Assembly: GCA_010093705.1 (NCBI GenBank)
Contig: MU006103.1
Span: 655,121-679,123 of the forward strand
From: Patellaria atrata CBS 101060
Taxonomy: Eukaryota
Reading direction: 5' to 3'
Length of the DNA stretch: 24,003 nt
Positions within the stretch are counted from its first letter, which is position 1; each line of letters opens with the position of its first letter. The notes below the pieces were generated by a model. It had not been told where the DNA came from, made no database searches, and worked only from the letters and a program-made list of their open reading frames with translations. Positions 11,568-22,893 of the stretch are shown here, in pieces. The position numbers and the translations under genes are program-made.

Positions 11568-12829
11568 AACCCACAAGGCCTACAAGCTAAGCGAAGATGA
11601 ACTAACACGAGAATTCTCTCCTTAAGGATTATACATTGTTTATGACAGTATTACTGTTACTTCTTGAACACGGTTTGTAACTTTGAAAAGACTCATTAGA
11701 AAGATACCCATAAAACATGTTGATATAGATACCCAATCGCATGCATTTCCATGATATCGCCGCGTACGTATCCTGCATTTCGTGCGCAATCTGAGTGAGC
11801 ACCCTCATGTATAACATTCTAGATATGTAGCGATTCCTGAACGCTGCTATTATCATACACAGCCGTCCCCAAATGCACAATCTCTCTAACCAATATACCG
11901 GGCTTGTCAACCAAACCTCCCTTTTGTTATCCAAGTACATCCGGATTAGGGTAAAAGCCTTGTCTTTTCCACCATTGTGTGATCTCCGATAGTAATATAG
12001 AGGATGATGTGTGTTCCCTGCTTTTGTCCACCCCCTTATCATCAGCCGCCTACGAATATGGTACATTGGAATGGCGATGAGTGCTACGACGAGGTACAAG
12101 GGCAGATGGAGGCATTTCTCAAAAAGTCTGCTAGTACTACTGGACAATACTGCAACCAGTAGAACTCATGGTCTGTTTTTTATTATCAATTTCACCAATT
12201 CCTCACAAAATAGTCACGGAAGTGAAAGTAGTACACTCGAAAACATGATACCATAAGTTAGTAATAATATCCTTTATACCTAGAGTTACGTGTGATAATA
12301 TATAATTTGATTTTTTATAGCTCCTAATCTTCCCAACATCAAGACCTAGTGAATTCAATTGGAAGTTCAGTGTGCATTTCCGCATATATGAGATAGTTCA
12401 TCAAAGCGATGAATGAGTTTGAGACCCTGGTTCCAACAATCAACTTGATGTATCGATAACGAGCTTTACTTGCTGGGTGCTGATTCTCCTGTGCAATTCG
12501 CAAACTTGTGAAAGGTACAGTATGTGAGTTCTGAATGCTTACGGCTCATACTATGGTCTATATAAAACTTCTAGTAAAAGGACGTCTGGAACTAGAGAAC
12601 CAAGAGGTACTGCACGAAGTTGGAATCCAATGCTAGTAACTTTGGAATTGGTTATTTTACATGCATGTTTCACGGCATTGCTGCCAGAACCTTCCAGCCT
12701 TATCGTTCGAGTCGTGTAAACAGGGAACCGCTTACTCTACTATTGCCTTATATCCTGATAGTGCATACGATACTCTCTATGGTAACCGTTGTAGTGGATC
12801 CCGGACATTGGAAGTAAAGCACAATAAAT

Positions 12830-13726
12830 CTATAGTAAAACCTTCAGGTCCCTTGTATTATTTGACCCAGAGAGTTTACCTTCCCAAACGCTCTTCATTG
12901 CCCTAAAATATTGTTCTGCATGCTTGGACACGTGGTTGCAATGCGTAGTATCATTGAAACAAATCTCATTGACCAACCATCCCCTACCACGAGCCTCGTC
13001 GGTGTGACTGATAACATCCTCCCATTCCACCATCTTATCGCTTTTAGAGAATATGTAGCAGATATTTCTGCAGTCAACCATCTTTTTGCGAAGGAGAGTA
13101 TGGCGAATGATGTCTTCAGTCCTGTCATATCGTCCGGCCGCAATGGAGGAGAACAAAACTACGAGAATGAAGTGGATAGCCAGCGGGCCAAGAAGACTTG
13201 CTAGAAAACCTTTTGGTAGCGAAAATAGCATTGATTTGTATGATTTCCAGTACGTCCTTTTGACCGGTCCACTGTCACAAATGATACCTGCAAGGGGCAG
13301 GGGAGCTTGAAGTTGTCTGCTCAAAACGATAAGCAGCCGAGCTGCTGAGTTCGTACCACCATTCGAAAAAGTATGTATAACGATTCTTGGTTTGACCAAT
13401 GTAGCCCCTGCAGAACCCTTCTTTCCATTACAGCCTGGGCGGCTTGTGCGGTGGGGCTTAATAGCCTCCCATTGTGTCGGATAGGTACTGATAAGAATAG
13501 GGACCGCCGATTTGATGAGCAGGATTCTAGAATGCGGTGCGATCTTCGCATATCCTGTCGTATACTTGGTGATAGATATGCTTCCTTACGGCACCTAGCC
13601 AGGTGCAGATGATGGCGAGCTGACCGGGAACGGGAGAGCGTGGGTAGAGAGAGAGATGCGAGGGGCGAGCTTAGAGAAGATCGGTGGTGTTTCCTTGTCG
13701 ATCACGGGCTCGGATTCGGATTGCAT
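12830..13726 (-). pseudogene. DUF829 / TMEM53 / PaxU-like alpha/beta-hydrolase-fold gene disrupted by two small insertions
   Basis: Family motifs IICTWLGAVRKHI-TKY, IHTFSNGG, IICDSGP, YIFSKSDKMVEWEDV and FNDTTHCNH. Likely ATG 13726 (alternative in-frame ATG 13822). A +2 slip in the (GA)n run 13646-13656 and a +4 GATA duplication at 13571-13578 shift the conserved N-terminal motif out of frame and expose TAG at 13597-13595. Confidence 0.85.
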
Positions 13727-14148
13727 CTTGGCCGCTTTGAATGCGTTCTTCGAGGAAGGTTGGGGTGAGTTAGGAAGAGGTGCTTTGTAGGTAGAAATGG
13801 TAATGGGGCGAATGTTCAGCATGTTTAAGTATTTTACTGAAGAAAACCAGGATGGAGGATATCAGTGTCAGATGGCTGATCCCCGATAGCCTTATGTTGG
13901 AAGATCGTCAGGATCTCCAGGAGTTCGTGTTGGAGATCTTCAGAGCTAAATGCTCAGCTCCGACTTATCGGTTAAGTATCACCAAAACTATAACATTAGC
14001 TCACTCTTTTGATGTTATCTCTTATTTTATATCTGACGTAGGTAGTATCGTTATGTTCGCCTTGATTTGGAGATTACGTAGCTAGGCTTCGTGACGTCAA
14101 AGGGTTAATCAATAAGGTGGTCTGTCATTATATAAACACTAGATAGAA

Positions 14149-14165
14149 TCCGTAGTTGTACGGAG
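14149..14165. promoter_or_regulatory. Candidate Zn2Cys6 everted-repeat site TCCG-N8-CGGA(G)
   Basis: TCCG TAGTTGTA CGGAG about 420 bp upstream of the PaxU-like ATG; same geometry recurs at 14289 and 16187. Confidence 0.5.
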
Positions 14166-14288
14166 AATCAAGCGACTACATTCAGTTACCCACAATCTCA
14201 CAATCAGTAATCAGAGACATAAAAATGTGTTGATTGTCAAGTGTAAGGCGTGCGGTTCTTCTGGGAAGTAGGAAGATATTCTACCCGG

Positions 14289-14304
14289 ACCGGAATGAGA
14301 CGGT
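14289..14304. promoter_or_regulatory. Candidate Zn2Cys6 everted-repeat site ACCG-N8-CGGT
   Basis: ACCG GAATGAGA CGGT in the P450/PaxU-like intergenic region. Confidence 0.4.
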
Positions 14305-14338
14305 ATATTACGTAACTGCACATATAGTAACTTACGTA

Positions 14339-16040
14339 TTATAAGTTATTTCTTTCTTGGCCGTAAAAACGCTTGCACCATCTCCTCAGCTCCCGCACCC
14401 TGAACCTCAACCACGGCCCATCATGACAACAGGTTATATGCTCCTCCAACTGGAATTCCTTCGCGCGATGTCTTCCACATCGCGTACCGACATATTCTCC
14501 TCCAAGTCCTTCCAATGTTCCATTAGCACTGGCAATGTCTAAATACCATGCCGTCTGGGCGATGCTAATACTGAGCTCCGTATATGTAAAATTCTTTCCT
14601 GCATATGCCCGCGGACCGATTGAGAAACCACTGAACATCTTACGACTCGCTTCAATAATATCCCTGTCCTCGTTCGAAGACGCGATCCAGCGCGATGGGT
14701 TGAATGTGAAAGAGTCAGAAAAGATTAATTCGTTGTGATGAAAGGCATAAGGGGATATTACAACAATAACGCTTTTCGGGATCGGTAACCCATCGACAAT
14801 GTAGTCATCCGGCAAATCTTCCCGCTAGAGGGTGAGATATAGATGAGAGGAGACATTTTCGTGGCCTCGTCGATGCAGGTGTGCAGATACCGACAGGCGG
14901 AGAGCGCAGAACCGGAGTGGATGTCTTCTAGCGAACCAAAAGTCGATCGGATTTCTGTAGTAAGCTTTTGATAACATTCGGGGTAAGCGGATATGTAGAA
15001 AATAAGGGAAGCCATAGCTGTGGATGTGGTATCTGCACCCGCAATCAGTAGGAAACGACTTTCTGCCCACAATTCATCCTCAGTAAAGCCACCGGTTTCG
15101 GGATCCTTGGCATCGCCTACGAAGGAGAATAGGTCATTTTTGGCGCTTTTCCCGGCTGCTAACCTGTTTTTGACTAACCGTGACATGAGTGCTAAATATT
15201 TCTCTCATCCGCATTGTGCGCTTGTTAGAACAACTGCTCAACTCATAATCTCTGCAATGCTAGACTTTGGACGTATACTCCGGCTTTCCTTACCGTCACT
15301 TCGGAAGCATCGATTAAGAAGTGAATTTTACTGCTTTTTCGCATCCAAATTGGCCCATAATGTTGTACTGAAATGCCAACTGCACTCGGTCATGTTTGAA
15401 CGGGAGGGACCAATCACTCATACCACCATTCTCTGGATCTGGCTTTGACAATAGCCGTTTAAAGAAGATATTAACATGCTCTATAATCTGAGGCTCGAAA
15501 TCTTGAATCTGTGCGTCGGTGAAGCCGTTGGAGAGGACCATACGCTTAAAGCAGTGCCGGTCTTTGTCAACGACCCTAAATGCATTATATGTACGCTCCA
15601 GGAGCCGGAACCATGGTTATATAGCTGATGGACTTCTGGACATGTCTACACTCGTAGAGTTCTTTTTACACGTTGTCAGTATAAAGTTGTCTCTTCTTCT
15701 TGTTGGTTTGACAAGTTGTAAGTACATACCATGCAATTCCGTGCCTCTATTTGTCACCAATTCATTCGGACCCTGCCGAAACGCGGCTCCGAAGATCCGA
15801 TGTTCCTTTTCCGTCTCTAGGTCCAATCGGCCTCTCAAATTGTTTCGCGCTAGATATAAGTCCGTCAACTTCGCCAGCCATGGTTTAGGCAATCTGGGTA
15901 ATGGGTGGAAGTAAACACGATATATACCGATTCTAATCACCATTTCGGAATAGCTGATAGCTGTGATGCTCATCTGAGAAATAAAAAACGTAGCCGAATT
16001 AGCAAAACGAGTAGGGCGCAAGCAACCACAATGTTTCCAT
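14339..16040 (-). pseudogene. Cytochrome P450 monooxygenase pseudogene (5' boundary approximate)
   Basis: P450 landmarks in order: IYRVYFHPLPRLPKPWLAKLTDLY, RQGPNELV, I-helix LLIAGADTTS, K-helix CIDEATKMSP (ExxR Arg is Lys), FNPSRW, heme loop FSIGPRAYAG (Cys is Tyr, codon 14605-14603). Frameshifts near 15595, 15200-15400 and 14830-14850; in-frame TAG at 14827-14825; probable intron 15729-15662. Confidence 0.93.
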
Positions 16041-16186
16041 TCTATCCGAACCGAGTCCTACGGAACGCAATGTTGGATATACCAGCACGAACGGATGCAT
16101 AAACGGACCCAGTATGCCGAGGAACGATCCTCTTTGTAAATGCTTTACTGCTAATATTGTACTTATGCAAACCCTAATTAATGATG

Positions 16187-16204
16187 CTCCGCATACTGAC
16201 GGAG
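16187..16204. promoter_or_regulatory. Candidate Zn2Cys6 everted-repeat site CTCCG-N8-CGGAG
   Basis: CTCCG CATACTGA CGGAG, perfect 5-bp inverted arms, about 150 bp upstream of the P450 5' end. Confidence 0.55.
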
Positions 16205-16343
16205 TGAACAGAAATTGATTCCTTTTACCGTGCTTTGGACTGATGTGTTGGTCCCTCTTATATCACCGGCACGACCTTCTATGCGGGACATGCCGTCGTG
16301 GTGTAGTAATATCCGTATAGTTTAGTTTCACGCCAATATCGTC

Positions 16344-18622
16344 TTAGACACTTTGCGACGACTCACCTAGGTTTGCAAGCTGTTCTATTGATAACGTGTC
16401 GATTGAAATTTTGCTACTGCCGTCCATTTTCTCAGTCATTCTTTTACCCTGGCCTTTTTCATTCTGATTAAAGGAAAGACATGAACGGTATAACCCCATA
16501 TGCTGATATGCAGGCCGCTCCGATACTGAATCTGAACTCTTACGGGCCGTAGTGATCGCTGCAGGGCTAACTGAAATAGTTTCAACGACCCGAATCTGGT
16601 GGCCACGCCGATATATCATTGCAACCACAATTGTCTGTGCTGCCGCAAAAGCAATCAGTATCTTCATCTGCAAATTGTATGCTTCCGACGTCGTTTTTAT
16701 AATATCGAGCTGCTCCTTTCGAGGAAACTGCCTTGATGCTTGGACTGAAGTCAGCATTTCCGACGTTGAGATGTTGCCGAAGATATGCGAAAGATGCGAT
16801 TTAAGGTAGCTGTTAAACGCGGTGGTAGTAACGGAGAGGCCCAAAACACCGCCTAGGGCACGAAATTGAAGAAGTGCTCCGCTAGAGATGGCTAAAGTAA
16901 CAGATCTTAGAATGGAGTCCGCGGTTTATTCGTAGTTGCGGGAAGGTCTTACCCAAGTCCCTTTTTTCAACCACTAGCGGGGGCATCAACATCGTAATTC
17001 CCAATACGCATCCAATGCCAAGACCGGTAAAGATCTGACAGGCATAGATAGTCGACGGGATTGTGCCGTCTGTGGGAAGAGCACAGAACCAACTCAAACC
17101 GACGAGCTGTGCTATTGATCCGGATAAAAGGAACCAAATGCAGGCTATACCTGTCCTACCGACTACAACGTTGACGATGACACAAGTGAAGGAGATGAGG
17201 AGGTTAAAGGGGATCAGTCGTACTGCGGACGTCATTGGAGATTCTCCCCCAACGTCCTGAAACCGTTGAGGGATATTGATTATAAGAACATTGTAAGGGA
17301 TGCCAGACAGGAAGGAAAAGCTGCTCCTCTTTAGCTTCTTCATTTGCCAGATAGATGGAGTTCCGAGTCGAGAGCGAAATACAACTTACATCAAAGTACC
17401 CATCCAAGCCCGGTTGTGTACGAAGCGCCAGGGGAATATTGGTTCCAACGTGCGTTTGTACTTGGTGAAAAACCATTCATTTCCAAGGAACAGTGCCCAC
17501 ATTACTCCGGAGAGGACAAACAGGATAATTGCGACGGCAGAGTTCCAGGCAATAGAAATCCCGCCTTCTAGGAGAACTGCAACAAGGAACATAGTTCCTC
17601 CCAGCAGAAGAAATGCACCGGCAACATCAAGACGTGCCAGCGAGCGTCGTGATAACCTTTCCTGCCAAGTTGGTGCATTGTACCCTGGATCACCTTGGTG
17701 TGGGAAGTTGGATGGCAGTGTTAGAAATAGCAATAGCATCGTGGCAGCACCAGCAGGGACACTAATACCAATCGTCAGTACATTTTAGTTTCCTTGACTG
17801 ATTTCGCTTTATAGCATAGGACTAGCCTCACTTGAAGAGAAAGGTCCATCTCCACTCATTATTTTGACTCACGCCTCCTCCTATCAAAGGGCCCGCGAGC
17901 GAGCCAAGTGCGCCCGAGCCAGCAAACTGCGCTCCGAAGATCGGATACCTTTCTCGTGGAACCATCTCATATCCTATAGTCAGTGCAAGAGACCAGCATC
18001 CCGCCGCCCCGATGCCTTGGAATACCCTACCGATAATTCTGCTTCGATATTAGGCGTATCTGCTAAACGTTTTCACATAGCTTGTGGGACCTACAGTTCA
18101 TTCATGCTTTGTGCAGCACCGCAAGCGCCAGAAAATGCGGTGAACAAGAATAGAGTCGCAATCGCCGTATACTTGCGGCCGAAGATATCGCTCAATTTGG
18201 CCCAGATAATGATCATTCCTAGGACAATCGGTAAGCTTTTATTGAAGTCACCTTTTGTCAGCATTACCTGTATACGTGATAAGGTAACCCGTGATCACCC
18301 ATCCCATCTGGTCTACTCCATGGAGTTCTCTAACGATAGTGATCAACGAAGTTCCGACAACGGATACTTCGACGTTTACGAGAAAAAGACAAAGACAAGC
18401 GCTAATTCAAGCCATATTAGCGAAGCCACATACTGGATGTTATGAGACTGACCTCAAAGACACGAGATGGAGACTCCATCCCTTGAGATATTGCTCGACA
18501 CACTGGGCTGTTACGGAGGAAGTTCCGGTACTAGTCTCTTCAAGTTGCTTTTCGTCATGACTGTAGTCCTTGCAGCTTTCTTCTCCAATAGAGGTCACCA
18601 TCTCATGCTTTGGCTCCTGCAT
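16344..18622 (-). CDS. MFS drug/toxin efflux transporter, DHA2 (14-TM) type, about 640 aa; 7 exons (18622-18453, 18401-18268, 18218-18095, 18038-17832, 17761-17390, 17320-16953, 16891-16344)
   Basis: Six GT-AG introns of 49-70 nt give a continuous 1923-nt frame containing WVITGYLITY, motif A (AKLSDIFGRK), motif B (IIGRVFQGIGAAG), motif C (LGSLAGPLIGG), WRWTFLFNVP, RLDVAG and QFRALGGVLGLS. The extreme C-terminus is less certain. Confidence 0.93.
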
Positions 18623-21332
18623 CGTAATTCGAATTCGAATCCGTTCGTTTAAATTAGGAAACGATAGTTTTATACGTATGTATAAACCGAGTCAAGCAGT
18701 ATCAGGCGCTACCAAGTGAAGGATTCCCGTGCAACTGACTTTCTAGACATCACCTCCCCACGTAGGTCCCGATTCCTTTATACTGTCTACCAAAGTTATT
18801 CTCTACGGAGAGCCGTTCAACGAGCATCCGCAGTGCTTGGCCCAGGGCGGAGTAATAATCCAGAATAGGCGTTAATACTACATCACCGCGGGTGATCGCC
18901 CGCTACTCAAGGTGATAGACACTTATGGTATGTTGGCTTGTGTTTCCAACAATTCTCCGAGTGGCAAGGTTGATCACAGGGATATAGAGTACATGCAGTA
19001 CCACCATGTTGGGTCAACTGTTCGTGGGAGAGATACTGCAGCATGGGGTTAAGACACATGAAGCAGATACTCCCATCACCCCCGGTCGAGTTGCTAGATG
19101 TCGGTAAAATCTGCTTCGTATATTATACATCACCCGTGACCGTTTCTTGTACAACACCTCTAGTGTTATGGTTTTCCCTCTCTTCAGAAATCATTATCTA
19201 TCTAATACCTCAAGTCTCTGCTACACCCCAGATTAACAGGGTCCCAGTTATATTTGGCTACACATACTCTTATCAGAAAATAGGGCCTTAATCTAGCTAC
19301 GACTGGTGTCAGACCCCAAATGCTGCTCCATGCGCCACACAGCATACACCCCTCGAAGACCTTTTTCAAGAAGGACATCAACTACTGCAGTCAATCATCG
19401 ACTGATCACGCATTTAATTTCTAATCTCACCGACGGACAAGGACCCAAGAAGTAAAGGGCGCAAAGAGCACCGTGACCGTCCATGATCTGAAGAAGATCT
19501 AAAAACGGCCATCTCGGACCACTACCTCTTGCCTCTTTGGTCCAAACAGTCTTCGAGATCGTAACCCGATTTGCTCGTCATACTTTATTTGGGTAGCTGT
19601 GTTAATGTTATGACCCTCTTTTTCAATGTAGACTTCTGCAACTAGCTTCCTGGCGATCGTACAGATATATGCGAGCACTTGCTGCGCTTACATTATTGGT
19701 CCCATGGGTGAGCTTCTCCAATCATAGGAAAGAGATGGAAACTGATCTCCCAGGTTAGATTTTCTCAGGCTCGAATATGGTCTTGGAATATCTCGGCTTC
19801 CGTGTCCTTGATGTTGTGGTCGGATTTATTCTACAATTCTCCCTCCTTCATTCCCACCTTTCTTGGAAACCCATTCACCCCTCCATACATATCTTCCCAG
19901 ATAATCTTGTAAAGGGTTATAAATACACTCTATCCCAGCGAGAGCAGTATACTGCGTACTCGTGCATGTACACAGCCCAGCTTGACAAGCTAGCCGACAT
20001 GACACAAGATACTCTCCTCACAGTTTTTCTACACATTGTGCTACAGCAACTTCCAAGCTTCCTACGTATCCAGTGAACAATATCATCGCTTCTTCCGGCA
20101 GTTAATATAACTAGCAATTCAAAATCATATTGATTAATCGCCGTACCTTAGCGTCTTTTACACGTCTCATAGCGGCATCTAATTTGGGTCTTATCATTAC
20201 GCTTACTAGACTATACTTCACTTTTCTACATCTTAACTTTGGGGGTATGACGATACCGTACCTTCAACCCTACATTGGTTATCCACTGATTGTAACTTGT
20301 ACCGCTCCCCACCAAACTCGCTCGAAGTTTCCAGAGTACCAACTCGAAGCTGAAAGCATGAATGTTCTTAAGCAGTGCTTTAGATAACATTTGTTCGCAA
20401 CCAGGGCTGGGTCGACAATAATCTACAACTCAACCTCGCTGACTGTCGTGTCATTATCAATCATTTTTAGGAGTTACTCCTCCCATTACTTGACACTCCC
20501 TATTTGTTTCCATTACATTTTAAACACATTACTTACATCAATCTTGGTGTGTTCGTCACAAGGCTGAAGAAAATAAGATGGTTATTAGGTCGCCGCTAGG
20601 TAGCGCTTACCCGTGGCTGAGGGTGGTTGATATCTACGCATTGCGGAAGCTTTTACTTAGTATTAGTAGTTAGACCTAAATAAAAATTTGAACTCGAGAG
20701 ATTACCTCGCTGGATTTAAGTCTAAACCTATTGCAGCAAGTTCCATGGTAACAGGTTGAAAGTTCCAAGCACAAGGGATACCCTGTCACTTCGGAAATAT
20801 TATGGGAGCCTTGACTAATAATTTGAACAAGATGAAGGAATCGACACACAAGTTGTACTGACTCAATGACCAATCGGACTATCCTCATCGCCATCTGACC
20901 GCTTTAAAGCATTTACACTCTGAAACAGGGTGTGATAAACAGCGATCTTCATGGAATACAATATCTCTGTTACACATTTCCTCAGCATGAATACCTTTCT
21001 TGAATCCGATCAGATGTTCCGCCTAACTATGAGCCGTTATTCCTAGAATTTCGTTTTTGTTAGTGTGAGGAATATGGATATTCCATCTAAATTCTGGACC
21101 CTGCTGATTCCCCATTTAGTCAAGTAATATTGTTTTCAACCGGAACTAGTACGGTATATATCTACCATATTAAACTCTTGCTGTTTTCCTGAGCATTTGT
21201 ACCACGTTGTGATATATATATATCTATCGTGTTATCACCTGTCGTCGGATTTATACTTTAGCCCTACTGCCTTCGCTAATTAACGTCTTTCTCTTCAAAC
21301 GGACCCTTAACTGCGAGTCAAATTAAGTTATC

Positions 21333-22730
21333 ATGGACCGAGAAAAATTTGCTGCTCTTCCACTTGCTACCCAAGCTGCTATGCTTAATGGTCCCGCTAT
21401 GGAGCCGCCACCGGGCGTTATACCCAATCTTGACAATCCTCCAAACAAAGATGCCATCGGATATGGTGTTTTTCTTACATGTATCTGTCTCTCGTCAATA
21501 CTTGTTGCAATACGCCTTTACGCAAAGATAATCTGTACGAAACTGGTGAAGAAAGAGGATTGTATGGGTATCCTATCTCATCACGATTAATGCGTGTGAA
21601 ATTCACTGATTTGTCGTAGATTTGGTTGTCGTAGCATTAGTATAACACCGTCCCTCGAGTGCATCAATTTGGCTTCCTCTAATACTTTATAGGGAGTGTT
21701 TGCCAGCTTTATTTACCTCTCGCTCGAAGCAGTCAAATTTCCTGGAATGTACGTGCATATGTGGGATGTGCGATTGAAAGACCTCTCCAAAATTCTTTAT
21801 GTGAGCTTAAGTAGCGTCATTCACAAGGGTAGACAAGCGTTTAATAGGAAGTAGGACCTTAATGCGATCTCAGCTGTTTATGGGATTGCTACCATGATCC
21901 TAAAGGTTGCCATCCTATTACAATGGGTACATACCTTTGTTCCTCGAGGGATTCGTAACTCATTCTTTTGGATATCTCACTTCACGATATGGTTCAACAT
22001 CATATTCTACACTGCTTGCACGATTGTCGACATTTGGGGATGTACCCCACGCGAGAAGTCCTGGAACCTGATGATCCTTGGTGGAACATGTGTCAACAAG
22101 AATTCCGTGAGAATTATCACCAGCATCGTCAACTTTATTTCCGATTTCATTATCCTCGTGCTGCCGCAAAAGGTAATCTGGGAATTGCAGATGACGAAAA
22201 ACACTAGGATTGGTGTCTGCTTTGTATTTGCGGTGGGCGTGATGTGAGTGTTTCCGAGAAGTTTACATTTCCCGATTACCTAAATTGACAATTGAATCAG
22301 AGCGACAATTTGTGGGGGGATGCGGATGAGGAGCACGATTACGTACGTCAAGTCTAAGGACCAGACCTATACTGTGTCTACAATGAGCCTCTGGTATACC
22401 GCGGAAATCACATCTGGGTTTTTGGTCTTTTGTATTCCAGCGATTCCTCAAGCGTTGCGCAGCCCTCCTCTGCTTCGCCGATTAGGTTCTTATTTTAAGA
22501 AAATTAAACGGTCCGGTTCATGGGAGTCAGATACCGGTTTAGGTCGCCAGCTCCCTCCTAGGCAGTCTAGGGAGCTATACGAGCAGCGGACAATAATATA
22601 CAGTGTTTTTGAAGACTGTGAGAACAGCACACCAGGTCACAGCGACCAGACAGTTTCTAAAAATGACTTGCACTCCATCCGAACTGACGACCGGGGAAGA
22701 GAGTCTGAGCGCCCAACACGAGAAAAGTAG
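21333..22730 (+). CDS. PTH11-like integral membrane protein (fungal rhodopsin-domain family, no CFEM domain), about 391 aa; 5 exons (21333-21561, 21620-21639, 21693-21800, 21855-22243, 22301-22730)
   Basis: PAMEPPPGVIPNLDNPPN leader, IRLYAK, EDYLVVVAL, VHMWDV, KVAILLQW, CTPREKSW...GGTC, NFISDFIILVLP...IWELQM, AEITSGFLVFCIP. Four GT-AG introns give a stop-free 1176-nt frame. Confidence 0.92.
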
Positions 22731-22893
22731 AGGGTAATACCAAAGAACGTTTCACGGCACCAAGTTAACGAGGTATATTTTTTAAATACAAGTCGGTCGT
22801 TACTTCCTTCAAATGGCAATGTGTAGGTTGAGAGATGAGCTGCTGTGAGATAAACTGTATCTGCAGGTGCATGGAGTATGTCGCTTGATTATT

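Noticed and set aside
12830..13726. PaxU-like gene as proof of an indole-diterpene cluster
   Set aside because: DUF829 proteins are widespread, and no paxG/paxM/paxB/paxC-like genes are in the window.
17300..18560. Plus-strand ORFs of 162 and 193 aa
   Set aside because: Antisense shadows of the MFS exons.
19043..20387. Short ORFs between the MFS and PTH11-like genes
   Set aside because: No convincing motif or splice structure; treated as intergenic or too degraded to call.
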